Assembly: GCA_002898355.1 (NCBI GenBank)
Contig: BEHD01000005.1
Location: 34,411-98,410 of the forward strand
Length of the DNA: 64,000 bases
Reading direction: 5' to 3'
Origin: an archaeon HR01
GTDB taxonomy: Archaea > Thermoproteota > Nitrososphaeria_A > Caldarchaeales > Caldarchaeaceae
Shown here piece after piece: positions 58,977-64,000 of this stretch. Position 1 is the stretch's first letter; each line of letters begins with the position of its first letter. Under the pieces are notes generated by a model that had not been told where the DNA came from, did no database searches, and saw nothing but the letters and a program-made list of their open reading frames with translations. Made by a program: the position numbers and the translations under genes.

Positions 58977-61030
58977 TAGTCCACCCCTCCATATCTAATA
59001 ACTATATTACCAAAATTGTCTATCTTGAATGTATCGCCTGGCATTACAAGGGTTGTTGATGTTTTCTCCTCTATTATTGCTGGTCCTTGTTTTGTATTGC
59101 CGATGGGAAGCTTCTCCCTTTCGTAAACTGGTACCTCTGTAAAGCCTACTCCAGGCAGATAAGCCCTCCTATATCCCTTACTGGCCTCCTCAAAATCTTG
59201 GGTATCCCCTTGAAGAACAGCGATTCGGGGTTTGCTAACTTTTGCGAAGGCGGCGAGATGGAGGTTGACAACCTCCACAGGACTGTCAAGCCTGAAGGTA
59301 TATTCTTTCTCATGTGCTTTATGGAATCTTTCTGTAATCTCCTGAATTAATCCTCTGTTAAACATTCCTGAAGGAACTTCAATGCTGACGGTATGCTCCT
59401 GCCCATAGTATCTAAGGTCAAGTGTCCTGACGAAGTACATGTCCACTTCATTTATGCCTTGAGCGGTCAGTACCTGGCGCCCCTCTTCCTCTAAAGTGTT
59501 GAACAGATTGTTCAAGATGTCTATATGCGCGTCATCCAATTTCATAACTCTTGTCATCTTAAAATCATGCCTCAGATCCGTCATCAACATTCCCCACGCT
59601 GAGAAGACGCCTGGAATCCTAGGTATTACGGTCTTGGATACCTGTAGCTCTCTTGCAAGAAGCGTAGCGAACATGGGGCCTGCTCCTCCGAAGGCCACAA
59701 GTGTGAAATCCCTTGGGTCATGCCCCCTTGCTACCGATACCAGCCTGAGGAGGTTGACCATGTTTCCAGCAGCCACCTTGATTATACCTGCCGCAGCCTC
59801 CTCCACGCTAGTCCCAAAATGTTCGGATATCTTGGCCACAGCTTTCTCCGCTGCATGTTTGTCAAGCCTTATTTCGCCTCCCAGAAAATATTCGGGGTTA
59901 AGTATTCCTGAGACCACGAATGCGTCTGTGACGGTGGGCTGCTCACCACCTTTTCCATAACACGCCGGACCTGGATATGCTCCTGCACTTCTTGGCCCGA
60001 CCTTTAAACTCCCCACATCATCTATCCAAGCTATGCTTCCGCCTCCGGCCCCTATTTCAACGATATCTACAACAGGTGTTTTCACAGGATATCCTGCGTA
60101 TGTAGGTGTTCTCTCCACCCTGTAATCTGGGTTTAGCCTGATTCTGCCATTCTCCACCAGCGACGCCTTGGCCGTTGTCCCGCCCACATCCAAGCTTATC
60201 ACATTCGATTCACCCACCGCAACACCCAGCTCCCTCGCACCAATAACACCGCCTGCTGGGCCCGACTCGACCTGGAGTATGGGTGTCTCCCTAGCTTTCT
60301 CCAATACAGCAACACCGCCGTTGGACTGTATAACGTGGATAGGGATTCTAATGCCAAGCTCCCGCATCTTCATCTCCAAGTCTTTCAAATAAGTCTCAAG
60401 CAAAGGCTTCACATAGGCATCCAAGACTGTGGTATTCATCCTCTCATACTCCCGCCACTCACGTGTAATCTCATGTGAGGATGAAACATACTTGAAGTGG
60501 CCCCTAGCAATCTTCGCAACCTCTTTTTCATGGTCCGGGTTAGCGTATGAGTTGTAAAGACATATGGCTATTGATTCGGCGCCGTAGCTACGGGCTTTTC
60601 TTAGGGCCTCCAGCACACTTTTCTTCGCCAGCTTTAATACCACGGAGCCGTCTGAGGCGATGCGCTCCAACACCTCAAACCTTAGATACCGGGGGACAAA
60701 GGGCACCGGCTTCCTATAAGAGTAGTTGTACATGTCAGGCCTATTAGAGCGTTGAATCTCTAGAACATCTCTAAAGCCTTTGGTGGTTATCAGGGCCGTT
60801 TTAACACCTTTTCTTTCTATTATTGCATTGATGACGAGGGTGGAGCCTGTACCCACGAAACGTGTTACATCTTCCCCTCTTATACCGCTGGATTTAAAAG
60901 TGTTCACAACCCCTTCAGAGAAGTCATGGGCTGTCGTGAGACCCTTACCGAGAACAATTTCACCAGTCACCTCATTCAGAGCGCATAGATCGGTGAAGGT
61001 TCCACCCACGTCAATTGCTACCCTAAACAT
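58976..61030 (-). CDS. hyuA: Hydantoinase A/oxoprolinase family protein (HyuA), copy 2
   Basis: MFRVAIDVGGTFTDLCAL, ITTKGFRDVLEIQR, paralogous to copy 1. Confidence 0.85.
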   Translation of the reverse strand: MFRVAIDVGGTFTDLCALNEVTGEIVLGKGLTTAHDFSEGVVNTFKSSGIRGEDVTRFVGTGSTLVINAIIERKGVKTALITTKGFRDVLEIQRSNRPDMYNYSYRKPVPFVPRYLRFEVLERIASDGSVVLKLAKKSVLEALRKARSYGAESIAICLYNSYANPDHEKEVAKIARGHFKYVSSSHEITREWREYERMNTTVLDAYVKPLLETYLKDLEMKMRELGIRIPIHVIQSNGGVAVLEKARETPILQVESGPAGGVIGARELGVAVGESNVISLDVGGTTAKASLVENGRIRLNPDYRVERTPTYAGYPVKTPVVDIVEIGAGGGSIAWIDDVGSLKVGPRSAGAYPGPACYGKGGEQPTVTDAFVVSGILNPEYFLGGEIRLDKHAAEKAVAKISEHFGTSVEEAAAGIIKVAAGNMVNLLRLVSVARGHDPRDFTLVAFGGAGPMFATLLARELQVSKTVIPRIPGVFSAWGMLMTDLRHDFKMTRVMKLDDAHIDILNNLFNTLEEEGRQVLTAQGINEVDMYFVRTLDLRYYGQEHTVSIEVPSGMFNRGLIQEITERFHKAHEKEYTFRLDSPVEVVNLHLAAFAKVSKPRIAVLQGDTQDFEEASKGYRRAYLPGVGFTEVPVYEREKLPIGNTKQGPAIIEEKTSTTLVMPGDTFKIDNFGNIVIRYGGVD

Positions 61031-61104
61031 ATCGCAGATACTGGAAAGTTAACTTTTATTCTTTACCCTCAAACCTTTATATCCGCTACTCATCGAGTTC
61101 ATCC

Positions 61105-62205
61105 ATGAACAATCGCCCCAAGCTCGTCAAGCTATTGGATAGATGTAGAGAATCAGGCATAGATGGTGTAATCATAATTCCAGGCCCAAATATGAGATAT
61201 CTTATTGACTTTACATTGGAGGTGTTCGAGAGACCTGCCTTCCTATTGGCTGGCTTCGGGCTGAAGCCTACACTATTAGTCCCACAGCTTGACGAGGAGA
61301 GGGCCAGAGAAGCTCTAGACTTATCATGTGAAGTAGTCTCATACACTGATGATATGGGGCCATGGCATTGGATGGGCCGGCTGTTATCTGACTTGACCGG
61401 CAATGTGGGTGTGGAAGATAGGATGCCCCTTGGACTGTATAGAATGCTGGAAAATCGTGGTAAGCGGCTGAGATTTGTAGAGGTTGACGCTATCTTACGC
61501 CTCCTCAGAGTCTCTAAGGATTCTGAAGAGATAGATAGGCATAGAGAAGCCGCTAGGATACTGCAGGAAGCCATGCTGAGAACTTTTGCGGATTTGAGTG
61601 GGGGAGAGAGTGAGAGGGAGCTCATGTTCACATTCCACCGACACGCATACGAACTCGGAGCCGATACATCCTACTGCCTAATCCAGTCAGGTCCTAACAG
61701 CGCAAAACCCCATATGGAACCCACTACTAGGCAGATAAGATCGGACGATGTGATAGTCTTCGACGCAGCGGTAACATACCGTGGATACTACGCCGACATA
61801 ACCCGGACAATCACTATAAAAAAACCAGCCGAGTCACAGATGAAAATATTCAACATAGTATTGGAGGCCCAGCAGGCTGCAATACAAGCATCTAGGACTG
61901 GCATACCTGCGGAGGAGGTAGACCGTGCGGCGAGAAAACATATTGCCGATGCAGGATTTGCAGAATATTTCATACATAGGACAGGGCATGGCTTAGGTGT
62001 TGAGGTCCATGAAGAACCATACATCCGCGAAGGTAACAAATCCCCTCTAGCCAACGGAATGATTTTCACTGTTGAGCCAGGCATCTACCTGCCAGGCAGA
62101 TTCGGCGTAAGGCTTGAAGACAACATCATAATCACACCGTCAGGAATAGAGAATACAACCAGGCTTCCCAAAACCTTAGCTCTACATGAAACACTACGCT
62201 CTTAG
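61105..62205 (+). CDS. M24-family metallopeptidase (Xaa-Pro dipeptidase/aminopeptidase or creatinase-type) with an N-terminal creatinase/prolidase domain
   Basis: Pita-bread metal ligands: D (VIVFDAAV.YRGYYADITRT), HRTGHGLGVEVHEEP, and E..FTVEPGIY. Confidence 0.8.
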   Translation: MNNRPKLVKLLDRCRESGIDGVIIIPGPNMRYLIDFTLEVFERPAFLLAGFGLKPTLLVPQLDEERAREALDLSCEVVSYTDDMGPWHWMGRLLSDLTGNVGVEDRMPLGLYRMLENRGKRLRFVEVDAILRLLRVSKDSEEIDRHREAARILQEAMLRTFADLSGGESERELMFTFHRHAYELGADTSYCLIQSGPNSAKPHMEPTTRQIRSDDVIVFDAAVTYRGYYADITRTITIKKPAESQMKIFNIVLEAQQAAIQASRTGIPAEEVDRAARKHIADAGFAEYFIHRTGHGLGVEVHEEPYIREGNKSPLANGMIFTVEPGIYLPGRFGVRLEDNIIITPSGIENTTRLPKTLALHETLRS

Positions 62206-62517
62206 TCCAAGAAGTTCATATGCAGGGACATTCCTAAAGCTTTAGCCTAGAAAACTAGGTGTAGGACGTAAAGTTACAAATCTGTGAAGACCACGGACTT
62301 CGGAGGAGGTAGAGTGAGCTGTGGTGGAGCGCATAGTGATTGGGCCAAGCCATACTAGATCCTACCATCCCCCAGATATTTGCAGGAAAGACGCTCATCA
62401 AGTAAACAGACATCAAATCCGAAAATACCACAAGAAACCCCTCATAACAGACACCGTTCTCACGGAAAACACAGCAGTAAAAACCTAAAAGAAAGCATAA
62501 AAAACCCAGCCCAGAAA

Positions 62518-62618
62518 GGGGGCGTAGCCGAGCAAGGCCAAGGCGTCGGGCTCCAGATCACACGGCCAAGGTCAGAGGCGCAACCCGAAGACCGTGGGTT
62601 CAAGTCCCACCGCCCCCA
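62518..62618 (+). tRNA. Intron-containing tRNA, most likely tRNA-Trp (anticodon CCA) with a 26-nt intron in or next to the anticodon loop
   Basis: Hand fold: acceptor GGGGGCG/CGCCCCC, discriminator A. D arm GCCG-AGCAAGGCCA-AGGC. Anticodon stem TCGGG/CCCGA separated by 33 nt beginning CTCCAGA (the Trp-type loop). Variable loop AGACC. T arm GTGGG-TTCAAGT-CCCAC. A canonical BHB could not be drawn by eye. Confidence 0.6.
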
Positions 62619-63380
62619 GCTAAAAAATATAAGTGGAGAAAAGGAGGGAGTGGTGGGCTGGTTGTGTCTTCTGAGGTTGTCCTCAAGATGGTGAAGCCGA
62701 CTTTGGAGCTAATGCGTAAATGCAAGTGGTAGCAGTCTTTTCTTTTCTGCCGGTTCTCCTTTCGACGTTGTTGTTCTTGAAGTTCTTTAAGATGGTGTCG
62801 GCTGTGTTGGGGGTGTTCTTGAATTGGTTGAGGCATAGGCGGAGTATCCCATCCTGGCCATCCGGAAGTGCTTCCCGGCTATCGTCGTCAAGTTGCCTGG
62901 GCTGCTGATGACGGGCTTTCCGTATCGGGTGCTGTATGGCGGATGTGTGATTATCACCCTCAGCCTGAAGCCCGAAACAACCCCCGGGCCTTAGGCGCTC
63001 GTATAGTGTTGCTGCATTCAGGGTGTTGTAGTTGATAAGGCGTCTCCGTAGGCAGTTCCTCGGAGAATTTGGCAAGCGGCAGAAGTAGAGCGTCTTCGGC
63101 CTTCTCCGCCTCGAAAGACAGAAGGCTTTGTTCGGGAAGCTCTTAAGCATCGCCCTGTCAACCAGCATGTATGGTCACCCCCCTTTGGACGCCCGGCGAA
63201 GCCTCGGCCTGAAGGTGCGTCCACCCCAGACCACGCCTACATCCTTAACCCAGAAACTGGTAGCGAATATGTGCGGGGGATGGGATTATTGCTCAAACCT
63301 ATGGATGGGGAAAACCAGTGTCGTGGGTGTTCGTGTATTATCTGTGTAAGCTTATTTTGAGGATCATCAACATTTAACAC

Positions 63381-63614
63381 ATGCCTAGTGAGGGGTTGAA
63401 ACCCAAACCATGGGGCATGCTTGACGTGAAAGTCTTTACGTCGGAGGATAGGAAGCAGAAATTCATCGTCTTCAAGACCCCAAACGGTGCCTATCATGTC
63501 TTTACGGAGGTGGAGGCAAAGGATGCCGCCATAAAATGCGGAATGAAAATGGAACCAACCAGGGCAAACACACGACAATTCTGGGACAAGCTCTGGAAAG
63601 AAGGCAAGAACTGA
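63381..63614 (+). CDS. Hypothetical small protein (77 aa) in the AT-rich region downstream of tRNA-Trp
   Basis: ORF with balanced composition. TATA-like cttatttt lies about 30 nt upstream of the ATG, suggesting a leaderless transcript. Confidence 0.25.
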   Translation: MPSEGLKPKPWGMLDVKVFTSEDRKQKFIVFKTPNGAYHVFTEVEAKDAAIKCGMKMEPTRANTRQFWDKLWKEGKN

Positions 63615-64000
63615 AATGTGTCATTTCGAAAAAGGGAATGGGTTTCATTTCTCTTTCATATAATGGTTTAGATTCGCTTAATCTGTATGTTGTGTTTTTA
63701 ACATCGTGTTTAATACAATTGTTGTGTGTTGGGACTGGTTTAGATCCTTAAAAAAGAGTTGATATTATGCTGTTCGGAGTTCTAATTTCACCTCCTACTG
63801 GGGTTGAGACAATGCTAAGAGAAATGCTTAAAAACCCCACAGAAAAAAATAAAAGCAGATATGAATGGCCAAGAGTTATTTGAGATTATTGTTAATAGAT
63901 TGGCACAAACAGAGAGCCTACCTAGTCATATTCAGACTGTAGGTCTGGCCGTTCTAGGAATTCTTATTCCATTAGCGATAGCCATTCTGACCGAATTGTA

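Noticed and set aside
62380-62694. 104-aa ORF spanning the A/C-rich tract and the tRNA-Trp gene
   Set aside because: It runs straight through a well-folded tRNA and has a low-complexity Lys/Ser/Gln composition. Spurious.
62683-63224. Minus-strand ORFs of 161 aa and 68 aa downstream of tRNA-Trp
   Set aside because: Arg/Pro/Asn-rich, with no domain signal, and several overlapping alternative frames. They read more like a degraded element than a gene. Mentioned only in the island finding.

Overview
The window is a 64-kb chromosomal segment with high GC content and dense coding on both strands. It looks archaeal, most consistent with a Thermoproteales-type crenarchaeon (lineage by inference only).

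Evidence for that placement: archaeal-only genes are present (thermosome, HMf-type histone, L10e/L21e, Rpo4, Pus10, AdkA-type adenylate kinase, TrmI). Two tRNAs carry anticodon-loop introns. There is a treT-like GT4 + MscS pair. A VKOR/thioredoxin pair points to a disulfide-rich lineage. TATA boxes sit about 25-30 nt upstream of leaderless starts, and TTG/GTG starts occur.

Main content, in order:
- orphan NuoL-like and NuoM/N-like antiporter subunits
- glnA followed by a tiny RAM-domain gene and a GTPBP1-like EF-Tu-family GTPase
- MFS transporter, GT4 + MscS operon, GatA-like amidase, threonine dehydratase, RNase HI
- a conserved L10e / DUF655 / Rpo4 / L21e block, Pus10, SRP54, pyrG, tRNA-Ala
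- SDR, UspA, Ogt, thermosome, histone, archaeal adenylate kinase, TrmI
- an 860-aa secreted matrixin-like metalloprotease carrying six or more Listeria/Bacteroides-type repeats
- aroC, pterin dehydratase, a complete pstSCAB-phoU operon with a divergent PhoU/AbrB regulator
- intron-containing tRNA-Pro
- an ECF-type transporter with a fused double ATPase
- two tandem paralogous hydantoinase/oxoprolinase A+B pairs flanking a cupin, then an M24 peptidase
- intron-containing tRNA-Trp followed by an AT-rich, gene-poor stretch

No CRISPR array and no rRNA genes were seen. The most unusual items are:
- the duplicated ATP-dependent cyclic-amide hydrolase cluster with a dedicated ECF importer
- a frame-discontinuous thioredoxin/VKOR pair
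- a coiled-coil plus PD-(D/E)XK-like orphan gene with in-frame DNA tandem repeats
- the giant surface metzincin
- a compositional break after tRNA-Trp
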